Below are positions 38,921 to 48,625 of a DNA stretch of 64,000 nucleotides, piece after piece. The notes beneath the pieces were generated by a model. The model was not told the DNA's origin, searched no databases, and saw only the letters and a program-made list of their open reading frames with translations. The stretch's first letter is position 1. Each line of letters opens with the position of its first letter. The position numbers and the translations under genes are program-made. The DNA comes from a virus: the IMG/VR virus record IMGVR_UViG_3300045988_144993. The stretch is one strand, 5' to 3'.

Positions 38921-39003
38921 GCTGGTGTGGTGGAATGGCAGACACGGCAGACTCAAAATCTGTTGCTATAAGCGTGCGAGTTCAAATCTCGCCACCAGCA
39001 CCA
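38921..39003 (+). tRNA. tRNA-Leu(CAA)
   Basis: Acceptor stem GCTGGTG/CACCAGC. Anticodon stem GCAGA/TCTGT with loop CTCAAAA. Long variable arm. T-arm GCGAG-TTCAAAT-CTCGC. CCA is encoded. Confidence 0.65.
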
Positions 39004-39005
39004 AA

Positions 39006-39099
39006 GGTTCATTGGTCAAGTGGTTAAGACACTGGCGGAGGTATGTAGTGTAAATCAGGCACACTGCCGGAGACATAGGTTCAAATCCTATATGAGCCA
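39006..39099 (+). ncRNA. tRNA-like element (94 nt) with a 29-nt anticodon-loop region
   Basis: Acceptor stem GGTTCAT/ATGAGCC. D-arm GTC..GAC. T-arm ATAGG-TTCAAAT-CCTAT. The only consistent anticodon stem is CTGGC/GCCGG, which encloses 29 nt. No anticodon can be assigned and no CCA is present. Confidence 0.35.
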
Positions 39100-39155
39100 T
39101 AGATAATCCTATTTCGTTGTTAAGTGTGGCTGACACTTTCAAAAACAGCCAATAT

Positions 39156-39231
39156 TGCAGGATAGAGAAGTGGTTATCTCGTCAGCCTCATAAGCTGAAA
39201 ATCGTGGGTTCAAATCCCACTCCTGCAACCA
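39156..39231 (+). tRNA. tRNA-Met(CAT), elongator or Ile2-like
   Basis: Acceptor stem TGCAGGA/TCCTGCA. Anticodon stem TCAGC/GCTGA with loop CTCATAA. T-arm GTGGG-TTCAAAT-CCCAC. CCA is encoded. A TGTGGCTG motif lies in the 5' leader at about 39128. Confidence 0.7.
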
Positions 39232-39254
39232 CAAAAAAATAATAATAAGGAGTT

Positions 39255-39641
39255 ATGATTATGGCTAATGTAAAAACTTGTCCTATGTGCGGACAGAGAA
39301 TTGCTACATACAAACACAAACTAAATAAGGTTCTTATTTCTGCTTTGTTCAAATTAAGAGACCACGGCGGAAAAGGTAAGATTGATAATCTTGGTCTTAC
39401 TCATAGTGAATTTGCAAATATGCAGAAACTTCGCTATTTTGGCTTGGTTGATAAAGAGGGTTGTGTTTATATCCTTAACGAACTTGGTAGAAAGTTTCTT
39501 GAAAATAAGGCAAAAGTTCCTGCCGAGGTTTATACAAAGCACGGGCAGCTAATAGGAACTTCCAATATGGTTTATGCAAATCAAGTAGATGCTTATGTTC
39601 AAGTAAAAGAAGAATGGAAAGAGCAATCAGCTATGGCATAA
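39255..39641 (+). CDS. hypothetical protein with an N-terminal zinc ribbon
   Basis: CPMCGQ motif. Ribosome-binding site AAGGAG. Confidence 0.55.
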   Translation: MIMANVKTCPMCGQRIATYKHKLNKVLISALFKLRDHGGKGKIDNLGLTHSEFANMQKLRYFGLVDKEGCVYILNELGRKFLENKAKVPAEVYTKHGQLIGTSNMVYANQVDAYVQVKEEWKEQSAMA

Positions 39642-39667
39642 TATAATTCAAAAAAGAGGATGAGAGT

Positions 39668-40519
39668 ATGAAATACAGTGCATTTGATAAAAGAATGAAA
39701 AAGTATGAATTTGTGTCGAGACACTATTTGACAACTCGAACCCCAGTTATTATACGAATTGACGGTAAAGCATTTCATACATTCACAAGAGGTTTTCAAA
39801 AACCTTTTGATGATGTGCTTTCTAAAACTATGCAGGAGACAATGAAGTATCTTTGTGAGAATATTCAGGGTTGCGTTCTTGGATATACACAATCCGATGA
39901 GATTACTCTTGTTCTTGTTGATTACAGAAATATAGATACTTCTGCTTGGTTTGATTATAATATCCAAAAATGTGCGAGCGTTGCAGCCAGTATGGCAACA
40001 ATGGCTTTTAATAAATTTTTCAATAAAAGAGCCAATGATTATATAAATTCGGTTTTAGAACTTCAAGATATAGATATTCCACCTGAATCAGAATATATTG
40101 AGGTACTTAATAGAGCAATAGATAAAGGGGCAATGTTTGATGCCCGTGTATTTAATATTCCAAAAGATGAGGTTTGCAATAATTTGCTTTGGAGACAGAA
40201 TGATGCAACCAGAAATTCTATTCAGATGGTTGGTAGAACATATTTTTCTCATAAGCAGTTAGATAAAAAATCTATAAGCGATATTCAGGATATGCTTATG
40301 CTCGAAAAAGGCGTCAACTGGAATAATTGTCCTACGAAATACAAGAGAGGTAGTTGTTGTATTCGTAAGATTGATGAAACAACAGCGAGAAGTAAATGGA
40401 TTATTGATAATGAAATTCCTATTTTTAAGGAAGATGGTCGAAAGTATGTCAATGATTTAATATACTTGGGAGGGCAATATGAGTTATCGCAGAAGTCAGG
40501 AAAGAAATCACAGACTTAA
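39668..40519 (+). CDS. Thg1-like protein (tRNA-His guanylyltransferase / 3'-5' nucleotidyltransferase family)
   Basis: KKYEFV...VIIRIDGKAFHTFT..QKPFDD...GYTQSDEITLVL...LLWRQNDATRN. Confidence 0.75.
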   Translation: MKYSAFDKRMKKYEFVSRHYLTTRTPVIIRIDGKAFHTFTRGFQKPFDDVLSKTMQETMKYLCENIQGCVLGYTQSDEITLVLVDYRNIDTSAWFDYNIQKCASVAASMATMAFNKFFNKRANDYINSVLELQDIDIPPESEYIEVLNRAIDKGAMFDARVFNIPKDEVCNNLLWRQNDATRNSIQMVGRTYFSHKQLDKKSISDIQDMLMLEKGVNWNNCPTKYKRGSCCIRKIDETTARSKWIIDNEIPIFKEDGRKYVNDLIYLGGQYELSQKSGKKSQT

Positions 40520-40727
40520 AAAACTTTATAATGAAACCAAGAATTCATATGGTGCTGGTGCTTGGTATGACGAGAAAAAAAGAAGATATATAAAATATTC
40601 TTGTGGTGGCAGGAAATATAAAAAGTATCTTAAAAAAATATCAAGCAAGAAAGCACGCAAATATAAAGGCGATATGAGACATTGTGATTATAAGAGAATT
40701 TTTGATTATTGGTGGGAGCTATTTTAA
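40479..40727 (+). CDS. small, highly basic protein
   Basis: ORF overlapping the 3' end of the Thg1-like gene. It may not be expressed. Confidence 0.3.
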   Translation: MSYRRSQERNHRLKKLYNETKNSYGAGAWYDEKKRRYIKYSCGGRKYKKYLKKISSKKARKYKGDMRHCDYKRIFDYWWELF

Positions 40728-41155
40728 TGAGAAGATTATTCATAATGCGAAAAGATTTGAATATGTCTCCCGGCAAACTTGCAGCCCAAGTATCTCATTG
40801 TGCCGAAGCATATTGGACTCGTGGATTAAGGAATTATGCAAAACCTTTGGATGATTATGCCGGATATGAAATTAAAGGAATAATTGATAAAGAAATATTT
40901 GAACAATATCTAAATGGTTCATTTACAAAAACCATTTGTGAAGCAAGGAATAAAAATCATTTACTTAAAGCGGTCAAGATTGCACAAGAACTTGGGTTGA
41001 TAGAGAATGTTCATTATGGTTTAATTTATGATGCTTGTTTTACCGAGCTTACACCAGAAGAAGAAAACGGAACAACACTAACTGGAATTTGGTTTTGTCC
41101 TCTTAAAGATGATATGGCTCATTACATAAGTAAAAAATATCAATTATATCATTGA
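40727..41155 (+). CDS. PTH2-family peptidyl-tRNA hydrolase
   Basis: MRKDLNMSPGKLAAQVSH and DAC.TEL...GTTLTGIWFCP motifs. Confidence 0.75.
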   Translation: MRRLFIMRKDLNMSPGKLAAQVSHCAEAYWTRGLRNYAKPLDDYAGYEIKGIIDKEIFEQYLNGSFTKTICEARNKNHLLKAVKIAQELGLIENVHYGLIYDACFTELTPEEENGTTLTGIWFCPLKDDMAHYISKKYQLYH

Positions 41156-41189
41156 CAATATATTGTAAATGATAATTGGAGATTTATCA

Positions 41190-42029
41190 ATGAATATTTA
41201 TACTACATATTTTGCAAATATTCGCCATTTGCCAGAAAGTATTATACCAGTTTCAATAGCTGGAAAACCGCCCGAAAAATGGGATGAAATTGAGTATAAG
41301 AAATTAGCACCTAAATGGAGTTTCTTTTCCGAGTGGAAAAAAACTAAAAATAACGATTATTATATTGAACATTTTTATGATGAAGTATTAAGTAGTCTTA
41401 CTCCACAAAATGTAATTGATGAACTAAATAAAATTAGTTCTAATAATGATAACAAAGATATTGCCCTTGTGTGTTACGAAATTCCAAGAGATTTTTGCCA
41501 CAGACATATTGTTTCCGGTTGGTTAAATCGTAATGGATATTGTGTAAAAGAATATATTGATATGAATTCTATAAAAGATACAGATGACGGAATTACACAT
41601 ATCAATATTTATAGTAAAGGCAAAACTGATTTAGGAAAAATGCTAAGTAACTTTTATAAGTTTCCTATACATACAGATGACGGTGATTTTCTATCAGTTG
41701 AGGGATATTGGTATTGGTTATCTATTGATGATTCGGTGAGAGAAAGAGAAGAATTACGTTATTTATATGGATTTAATGCTAAAAGCAGAGGTAAAGAAAT
41801 CTTAAAAGAAACAAATGATGGTAAAAGTAGTAGATTTGAGCCTGACTTTGAAAATAAGATTCTAAAAGCTATTTGGTATAAATTAAGAAGAAATGCAAAT
41901 CTATTAACACCTGAATATCGGAGATTACCAATAGTTCATTATTATTGTTATGGTGGAAAGGTTGTTGATGTTACAAGTAAATATCAATGGTTAATAGACG
42001 GAATTACTAAAATGAGAGATTACTTATAA
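41190..42029 (+). CDS. DUF488-like domain protein with a C-terminal extension
   Basis: NIYTTYFAN...LVCYE..RDFCHRHIV. Confidence 0.45.
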   Translation: MNIYTTYFANIRHLPESIIPVSIAGKPPEKWDEIEYKKLAPKWSFFSEWKKTKNNDYYIEHFYDEVLSSLTPQNVIDELNKISSNNDNKDIALVCYEIPRDFCHRHIVSGWLNRNGYCVKEYIDMNSIKDTDDGITHINIYSKGKTDLGKMLSNFYKFPIHTDDGDFLSVEGYWYWLSIDDSVREREELRYLYGFNAKSRGKEILKETNDGKSSRFEPDFENKILKAIWYKLRRNANLLTPEYRRLPIVHYYCYGGKVVDVTSKYQWLIDGITKMRDYL

Positions 42030-42075
42030 ATCATTATTAAAATGACAGTTTTATTATTAAAAAGGAGATTAAATT

Positions 42076-42726
42076 ATGGCAGCATATAAAAAGAGAACAG
42101 AAGGCAATGTTTCAAATGAGAAATTTGCAGAAATTGAATGTGAAATTGAATGTAATATTGCATCAGCAGAAAATGTCAATAATCCAATTTTTACCTTTGG
42201 TAAAGTTCAAGATGGCGCAAAGACTTATATTGATAAGAATTACAGCAAAGGCATTCGTATTATTTATAACGGTATGTGGGGAATGGGTACTGCAACTGGT
42301 GTAATTATTCCTCACATCAAAGATGTTCAGGTTATCAAAGATAGAGTTGTCATTGTAAGTTTTGCTGATGACTCGCAAGAAAAAGCTGTGCTTGATAGTG
42401 CCGATACTTTCTCTTTGGAGCAGGGCATTTCGATTTGCATTACAAAGAAAATGCTTTCAATGGGGACAAACGGAAACGGAAGTTCGGCATATAACAAACT
42501 TATTAACCATTGCTTGAAAGTGTATGAGAACAGCCGAAAGACCGAAGAAAAAGCAAAAGCAGAAGAACAGGCTGTAAAAGAAAAGAAAAAGAAAGCAGCA
42601 GATAAGGCAAGAGCAAAGAGAATTAAGAAAGCCAACAAGAATCGTGAAAGAGAGATTGAAATTCAAAAAGAAGCATATCTCCGTGCAATGAGAGAATTCG
42701 GCGGCAATTCTGCTGTTAATGAATAA
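42076..42726 (+). CDS. hypothetical protein with a Lys-rich C-terminal tail
   Basis: ORF with ribosome-binding site AAAGGAGAT. Confidence 0.55.
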   Translation: MAAYKKRTEGNVSNEKFAEIECEIECNIASAENVNNPIFTFGKVQDGAKTYIDKNYSKGIRIIYNGMWGMGTATGVIIPHIKDVQVIKDRVVIVSFADDSQEKAVLDSADTFSLEQGISICITKKMLSMGTNGNGSSAYNKLINHCLKVYENSRKTEEKAKAEEQAVKEKKKKAADKARAKRIKKANKNREREIEIQKEAYLRAMREFGGNSAVNE

Positions 42727-42783
42727 TTAAGCATAGGGAGTGTGAAATATCACTCCCTTTAATTTATGAGGTAATAGCAAATA

Positions 42784-43554
42784 ATGATTTATATAACAGG
42801 CGATACTCACGCAAATTTCAATAGATTTTCTACAAAGAATTTTCCTGAACAAAAGGAAATGACTAAAGATGATTCTGTGATAATTTGTGGTGATTTTGGT
42901 GGAATTTGGAATTATCTTTATTCCGACAAAACAGAAACATATTGGTTAAAATGGCTTGAAGATAAACCATTTACGATATTATTTGTTGATGGAAACCACG
43001 AAAATTTTGATAGATTGAGTAAAGAATTTAAGGTTGTTAATTATCACGGCGGTAAAGCTCATAGAATACGCAGCAATATCTATCATCTTATGAGAGGTTA
43101 TGTATTTGAATTTGAAGGAAAGAAGTTCTTTACTTTTGGCGGAGCAAGTAGTCACGATATTCAAGACGGTATATTACAAATTGAAGATTATTCAACATTG
43201 AGTGATTTGGTTAAGGATTATAATAAAAGAACCAGAGCAGGGCAAATGTTGAGAATTGACCACATATCTTGGTGGAAAAAGGAACTTCCATCGTACTATG
43301 AAATGCAGAGAGGCAGACGGGAATTAGAAAAGGTAAATTATGAAGTCGATTATGTAATTACTCATTGTGCGCCTCAAGATATTGTTTCATATATTTCTCA
43401 CGGATATTACAAACCTGATATTTTAACAATGTATCTTGGTGAAATAGCTCGTGAACTTAAATTTACAAAGTGGTATTTTGGTCATTATCATAATGAACAA
43501 GCTATTATGGATAAATTTATTCTTCACTATGATAAGATTGAGAGGATTATTTAA
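42784..43554 (+). CDS. calcineurin-like metallophosphoesterase
   Basis: GDTHAN, GDFGG, GNHEN and GHYH motifs. Confidence 0.65.
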   Translation: MIYITGDTHANFNRFSTKNFPEQKEMTKDDSVIICGDFGGIWNYLYSDKTETYWLKWLEDKPFTILFVDGNHENFDRLSKEFKVVNYHGGKAHRIRSNIYHLMRGYVFEFEGKKFFTFGGASSHDIQDGILQIEDYSTLSDLVKDYNKRTRAGQMLRIDHISWWKKELPSYYEMQRGRRELEKVNYEVDYVITHCAPQDIVSYISHGYYKPDILTMYLGEIARELKFTKWYFGHYHNEQAIMDKFILHYDKIERII

Positions 43555-43627
43555 TATGAAAAAGATTGTGTCAATGGGTTTAGTTATTACAATGACTTGT
43601 TTATGCTTTGGAGGGAATATATACTAA

Positions 43628-43994
43628 ATGACCGACATTGATTTTTATGTTCAATTTAGATTAGAGATTGAACGAATGTATGCTCCTTATGTTCTAAATG
43701 AGTGTGAAACTATAAGAATTGAAGATGAAAAAAACAAAAATAGGCATATTACTTATCAAGGATAGATATGTTGTAGGTCTGTATATTTTACCTGAATATA
43801 GACGGAAAGGCTATGGAAGAAAAGCAATTTTAGATTATGTATCAAAATATGGTATGTTAAAGGACTTAACTATATTAAACTCAAACGAAACCGCCAAGTC
43901 TTTTTGGAATAACTTATTTGAGTTAGAAGTAATTAAAGAAAATTCCATAGATACCTATTATTCAATAAAATCATTAAAATATAAAGAGGTATAA
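43628..43994 (+). pseudogene. GNAT acetyltransferase split by a frameshift in an A-rich run
   Basis: Frame A (43628-43765) encodes MTDIDFYVQF...RHITYQG. Frame B (43719-43994) carries the GNAT motif LPEYRRKGYGRKAI. The shift lies in GAAAAAAACAAAAAT. Confidence 0.5.
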
Positions 43995-43995
43995 A

Positions 43996-44160
43996 ATGAA
44001 AGTATTTTATCATTCAGACAATGATGTTGAATATAGAGTTAATGGGATAGAAACCTATAATAAATATAAAGACCGAGTAGGTGAAACTGTAAACGCTACT
44101 ATTGAAAAGAATAGTTATGATGATGGAACAGTTAAATATTCGGTTACTGCGTTGGAGTAA
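43996..44160 (+). CDS. 54-aa ORF whose first 31 nt duplicate the start of the DHH gene
   Basis: The sequence ATGAAAGTATTTTATCATTCAGACAATGATG at 43996 is identical to the start at 44466. Confidence 0.3.
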   Translation: MKVFYHSDNDVEYRVNGIETYNKYKDRVGETVNATIEKNSYDDGTVKYSVTALE

Positions 44161-44165
44161 CTAAT

Positions 44166-44456
44166 ATGAAAATTGCAAGGGCAGCTATTAAGTTTTTTGA
44201 ATTAGATAACCCGAATAAAGAAAGAATTTATTTTGGTTGGAATCACGCAGAAATTTTTCAAAATATGAAAAATGATGGAATTATATATGATAGAACAAAT
44301 TATGAAATGGGTTTCATAACCAATGAAAGACCAATTCATTTTGTTAATAGAACAGAAGCGGCTAAAATTGCTTTTGAATCAGGACAGACTAAAGAATTAC
44401 ATAATGAATTGTTTTCCGAAGATTTTTGGAAAAACGGTCAATTTGATTATAGTTAG
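44166..44456 (+). CDS. hypothetical protein
   Basis: ORF. Confidence 0.5.
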   Translation: MKIARAAIKFFELDNPNKERIYFGWNHAEIFQNMKNDGIIYDRTNYEMGFITNERPIHFVNRTEAAKIAFESGQTKELHNELFSEDFWKNGQFDYS

Positions 44457-44465
44457 GAGTGTTTT

Positions 44466-45347
44466 ATGAAAGTATTTTATCATTCAGACAATGATGGTAA
44501 ATGTGCTGGTTATTGGGTAAAAACCTTAAATAAATTAACTGACAACTTTACCGATGAATATATCAAAATAAATTATGGGATAGAATTCCCATTTGACTCT
44601 ATTGGAAAGAATGAAATTGTATATATTGTAGATTATTCTATTTCTCCGGAAGAAATGGATAAGTTACTTGAAATTACGAGTAATGTCATTTGGATTGACC
44701 ATCATAAATCAGCAATTGAAAAATATAAGAATTATGATAAAGAAGTTAAAGGGTTAAGGTATGACGGTATTGCTGGTTGTATGCTTACTTATTGTTATCT
44801 TTCATTTCTTACTGATGAAACTAAAGAATTTACACCTGAAATGGTTGTGTCAGCTCCGATGTTTACAAAGTTAATTGCGGATTATGATGTTTGGACTTTT
44901 GAGTTTGGAGATAAGACAAGAAGATTTCAAAAAGGCTTTGAATTATATCCACACGAACCAGAGGATAAAATCTGGGATAATTTATGGAGCAATATATTCT
45001 GTGAATCAGATGAAATGAATCGGATTATAGAAGCAGGGAAGATAATTATTGAATATAGAAAATGTATGATGGCAGAGTATTGTGAAAATAAGGGATTTGA
45101 AGCAATTCTTGAAGATTACAAATGTTTTGCTATCAATATGGCTATGGTTAGCAGTGATGATTTTGTCATTGATAATATAAACGATTATGATATTCTAATT
45201 GGATTCTCATATGATGGAGATAATTGGAATTATTCATTGCGTTCCACAAAGGTTGACTGTGCAGTGCTTGCTATGAAATATGGTGGTGGCGGTCATAAGG
45301 GTGCAGCAGGATTTAGTAGCCCTGACTTTGTGTTAAGAAAATTGTAA
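44466..45347 (+). CDS. DHH/DHHA1 phosphoesterase (NrnA-like nanoRNase/pAp phosphatase)
   Basis: HSDNDG, IDHH and C-terminal GGGHKGAAGF motifs. Confidence 0.6.
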   Translation: MKVFYHSDNDGKCAGYWVKTLNKLTDNFTDEYIKINYGIEFPFDSIGKNEIVYIVDYSISPEEMDKLLEITSNVIWIDHHKSAIEKYKNYDKEVKGLRYDGIAGCMLTYCYLSFLTDETKEFTPEMVVSAPMFTKLIADYDVWTFEFGDKTRRFQKGFELYPHEPEDKIWDNLWSNIFCESDEMNRIIEAGKIIIEYRKCMMAEYCENKGFEAILEDYKCFAINMAMVSSDDFVIDNINDYDILIGFSYDGDNWNYSLRSTKVDCAVLAMKYGGGGHKGAAGFSSPDFVLRKL

Positions 45348-45360
45348 AGGAGGATTACCT

Positions 45361-45636
45361 ATGGATTCGGCAAAGTTTGAAGTTCTTTGTAAGCAAATCG
45401 TAATGGATTACGCAAATAAGCATTTAGACAAGAGTGATAATGCTGAAATTACAGAAAATGATGTTTATGTTGTATGGTCTTGTAAGACTCTGCAAAATAA
45501 CAAAGCCCTATTAAGCACTACACTCCTTGATGGAATGTATTACGAGCTTACATATAACGGCGACAAAAATGAAATATATTTTGATGCCTACAAAAAGTTT
45601 GAAAACCAATGTGTTCAGATTGTTGAAAAGGTGTAA
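45361..45636 (+). CDS. hypothetical protein
   Basis: ORF with ribosome-binding site AAGGAGGA. Confidence 0.5.
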   Translation: MDSAKFEVLCKQIVMDYANKHLDKSDNAEITENDVYVVWSCKTLQNNKALLSTTLLDGMYYELTYNGDKNEIYFDAYKKFENQCVQIVEKV

Positions 45637-45638
45637 AA

Positions 45639-45920
45639 ATGGCTAACAGCAATTTAGAAGTAGAAGTAACCTGCGGATTAAATATTGATGCTGAAAGTGC
45701 AGATTTTGCACTTAAAGCGGTAAATATTTACTGCAATAAAAATGGTTACAGAATTAAAGAAAACTCACTGCCTGATAGATTAGGCAGTCAAATGGTGTTT
45801 GTACCACAAGAAGAAGGATGTATTGATTGTTCGGGCTATAGAGAAAATGTCTTATATACAAAGTCAGGCAAAGAAAAGATTGCTTATTTTTGCCCGACTT
45901 GTGGTAGAAAACTCCAGTAA
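45639..45920 (+). CDS. hypothetical zinc-ribbon protein
   Basis: CPTCG motif. Confidence 0.5.
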   Translation: MANSNLEVEVTCGLNIDAESADFALKAVNIYCNKNGYRIKENSLPDRLGSQMVFVPQEEGCIDCSGYRENVLYTKSGKEKIAYFCPTCGRKLQ

Positions 45921-45940
45921 ATTTTACAAAGGAGGTAGGT

Positions 45941-46561
45941 TTGAGAGTAGCGAAAATCAAAGGATTGATTTGTTTAGTTGCTGTGCTGGCTGTTATCAGC
46001 ACAACAGTAATTATAGCAACAGATTCAGAGATTGAACAAAGCGAAAACCAATCCAAAGAAAGTACAGTAATTGTAACTACTCAATTAGTTACAACTACTA
46101 AAAAGGTCGAGGAAACCACAGAAGAAATAACAGAAGTAACAACGGAGCAGGTAACAGAAAAACCGACAGAAGTTACAACGGTTAAACCTACTACAACAGT
46201 TAAGCCGACAACAAAACCTGTGGAAACTACGAAACCAAAAGAAACAGAAACACAAATAGAAAAATCAGAAACAAGTGAGGCTTTATATTCAGCTTCAAAA
46301 TTTATGAATATGGGTGTCATTTATTGGAATGGATGGAGATGGACTTGGTATAGCGAAAGAGTTCTCCCTGGCAGTGGTTTGAATATTCCAGGCAGACACG
46401 CAGATTCAAGTGGTTACATTTGCGATGGGAATGATTATATTTGTTTATCTTCTTCGTCTTTAAGCAAAGGTACAGTGATAGCCACGCCATTTGGTAAGAG
46501 TGGTAAAGTATATGATACCGGTTGTGCAAGTGATACCATAGATATTTATGTAAATTGGTAA
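45941..46561 (+). CDS. secreted or membrane-anchored 3D-domain protein (cell-wall binding/lytic)
   Basis: TTG start after ribosome-binding site AAAGGAGG. Signal/transmembrane segment, Thr/Glu-rich linker, then a 3D domain (GRHADSSGYICDG...GTVIATPFGKSGKVYDTG..IDIY). Confidence 0.6.
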   Translation: MRVAKIKGLICLVAVLAVISTTVIIATDSEIEQSENQSKESTVIVTTQLVTTTKKVEETTEEITEVTTEQVTEKPTEVTTVKPTTTVKPTTKPVETTKPKETETQIEKSETSEALYSASKFMNMGVIYWNGWRWTWYSERVLPGSGLNIPGRHADSSGYICDGNDYICLSSSSLSKGTVIATPFGKSGKVYDTGCASDTIDIYVNW

Positions 46562-46753
46562 AATAAAGAATGATGACATAATAGGAGGTCGGTTAAATGT
46601 TTTGGTAGGATTTGGAATAGGTGTAATGATTGGAGCAATACTTGGAATTATGTGCATAGCTTTAGTTATAGCTAATCATAGAAGTGAGAAAGATAATAAA
46701 GAACAAGCAATGTATTTTACTATGCAAAAAGATAGGAATGAGTTTTAACATAT

Positions 46754-47797
46754 ATGTTAAAAATGACACAAGAAGAAACACAAAAAGTTCTTGATGAGAG
46801 AAATGGAAATTTTCAAATCATTTCTTATAATGGAATGAGAAATAACAGTGAGGTTATATGTTTACATTGTGGTTCACAATTTAGCACTTCCATAGATAGT
46901 TTATTGAGAAAAACAGGAACTTCGTTTGGATGTAGTTATTGCAATTTTCAAAGAATAAAAGATAAGTTGCAAAACAATTCACTTGAATTTATTTCAAGGA
47001 ATAAAGATAAAATAAATGTTAAATGTAAAAACTGTAATCATATTATAGCAAATAGAACTTCTATTCTTACAAATCCTAAATACTTATGCAAATATTGTTC
47101 ATCGGATGCAAGATTAAGTAAAATAATTAACAATCCAAAACTTTATTCTATTTCAACTATAAACCACGCAATTATTGACTGGAATATCCGATGTTTGATT
47201 GAAACTCATTCTTTAGAATGGTATTACATACTTGGGCTTCTTATATCTGATGGGTCTTTTGATAACATAAATAATAGAATTGTGTTAGCATTAAAAAAGT
47301 CAGACAAAGATTGTATAAATAAAATTGCTAATATTATTGGTTGTAAAGTAACTGAAACCAGTAAAACTATTGGAATTGATTTTTGTTGTGGCACTATCAA
47401 ATCTATAATTAAAAAATATTCAATATCCAATGCTAAAACTTATAATCCTTGTGATATTTCATCCTTAAATGATAAAGAGTTAATTGCTTTTATTATTGGT
47501 TTTATTGATGGAGATGGTAATATTGGTTATCGAAGTGATACAAAATCTCCAAGAATTACAATAAAGCTACATAATAGTTGGTGTCGTAATCTTAAATATA
47601 TTTCTGATGGTTTATATAAATATTTCGGTATTATTAAATCTCCTAATCCGGTTTTAGTTAAGCAAGATAATAAAATATATGCTACTATAACTTTTGGAAA
47701 TAAAACTGTTTTAAGAGGTTTATATGATTTTATTAAAATAAATTCTATTCCTGCAATGAAAAGAAAATGGAATAGGTTGGAGGTGTTGAATATATGA
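46754..47797 (+). CDS. LAGLIDADG homing endonuclease with N-terminal zinc fingers
   Basis: Two LAGLIDADG motifs (LGLLISDGSF and IIGFIDGDGNI). CxxC pairs at the N-terminus. Confidence 0.7.
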   Translation: MLKMTQEETQKVLDERNGNFQIISYNGMRNNSEVICLHCGSQFSTSIDSLLRKTGTSFGCSYCNFQRIKDKLQNNSLEFISRNKDKINVKCKNCNHIIANRTSILTNPKYLCKYCSSDARLSKIINNPKLYSISTINHAIIDWNIRCLIETHSLEWYYILGLLISDGSFDNINNRIVLALKKSDKDCINKIANIIGCKVTETSKTIGIDFCCGTIKSIIKKYSISNAKTYNPCDISSLNDKELIAFIIGFIDGDGNIGYRSDTKSPRITIKLHNSWCRNLKYISDGLYKYFGIIKSPNPVLVKQDNKIYATITFGNKTVLRGLYDFIKINSIPAMKRKWNRLEVLNI

Positions 47798-47802
47798 GTC
47801 AG

Positions 47803-48372
47803 ATGTATTTTATAGCTGACCTGCATTAGCATTTCAATCACGAAAATTGTCTCTCGTTTGACAATAGACCATTTAAGACGATTGAAGAACACGATACTGA
47901 ACTTATAAGACGATGGAACAAAATTGTCGGATTTGATGATGATGTATGGATTCTCGGAGATATTAGTTGGGGTAACGCAACAAAGACTATTGGGGTATTC
48001 AGTCAATTAAATGGAAACAAACATCTTTGCATAGGAAACCACGATAGAAAACTACTTAAAAGCAAGAATATTAGAGACTTGTTCATTGAAATCGTTGATT
48101 ACAAAGAAATCAAAATTAACGGCAATGACATTATTTTATCCCACTACCCTATACCTTGTTTTAACCGACACTATTATGGTGCTTACCATTTTTACGGACA
48201 CGTTCATAATTCATTTGAGTGGAATATGATGCAGAGAGTTAAATATGAAATGGTTGCTCTCTACGACAAGCCCTGCAATATGTTTAATGTTGGTTGTATG
48301 ATTCCTTATATGAATTATACACCGAGAACATTTGAAGAAATAATTCATAGTGAGGATAAAGAAAATGTATGA
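47803..48372 (+). pseudogene. metallophosphoesterase with an in-frame TAG
   Basis: MYFIADLH[TAG]HFNHEN...GDISWG..GNHD.. continues in frame into the tracked ORF 48079-48372 (SHYP...GHVHN). The TAG at about 47836-47838 sits where the conserved DxH.GH motif expects a sense codon. Confidence 0.5.
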
Positions 48373-48625
48373 TAGATGTGTGAGTTGCGGAGCTTATGTT
48401 CCCGAAGGTAGAATGGTTTGTCCGAGTTGTGAGGCAAAGGCTAAAGAGCAAACTATTAAAATAAAGAAAATGCCTTTATGGAGAAAGATTATTGCTTTCT
48501 TTATGGGTATTATAATGTGTTTTACATTTGCCGCTTGCTCCAATATTTTCATTAAGAACAATGCTATATTGGCATTTAGTGTTTCAGAACAATATGATGG
48601 CTGTGTTTATACAATAGCGGCATAA
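48350..48625 (+). CDS. zinc-ribbon membrane protein
   Basis: CVSCG..CPSC motif plus a transmembrane segment. Confidence 0.5.
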   Translation: MRIKKMYDRCVSCGAYVPEGRMVCPSCEAKAKEQTIKIKKMPLWRKIIAFFMGIIMCFTFAACSNIFIKNNAILAFSVSEQYDGCVYTIAA

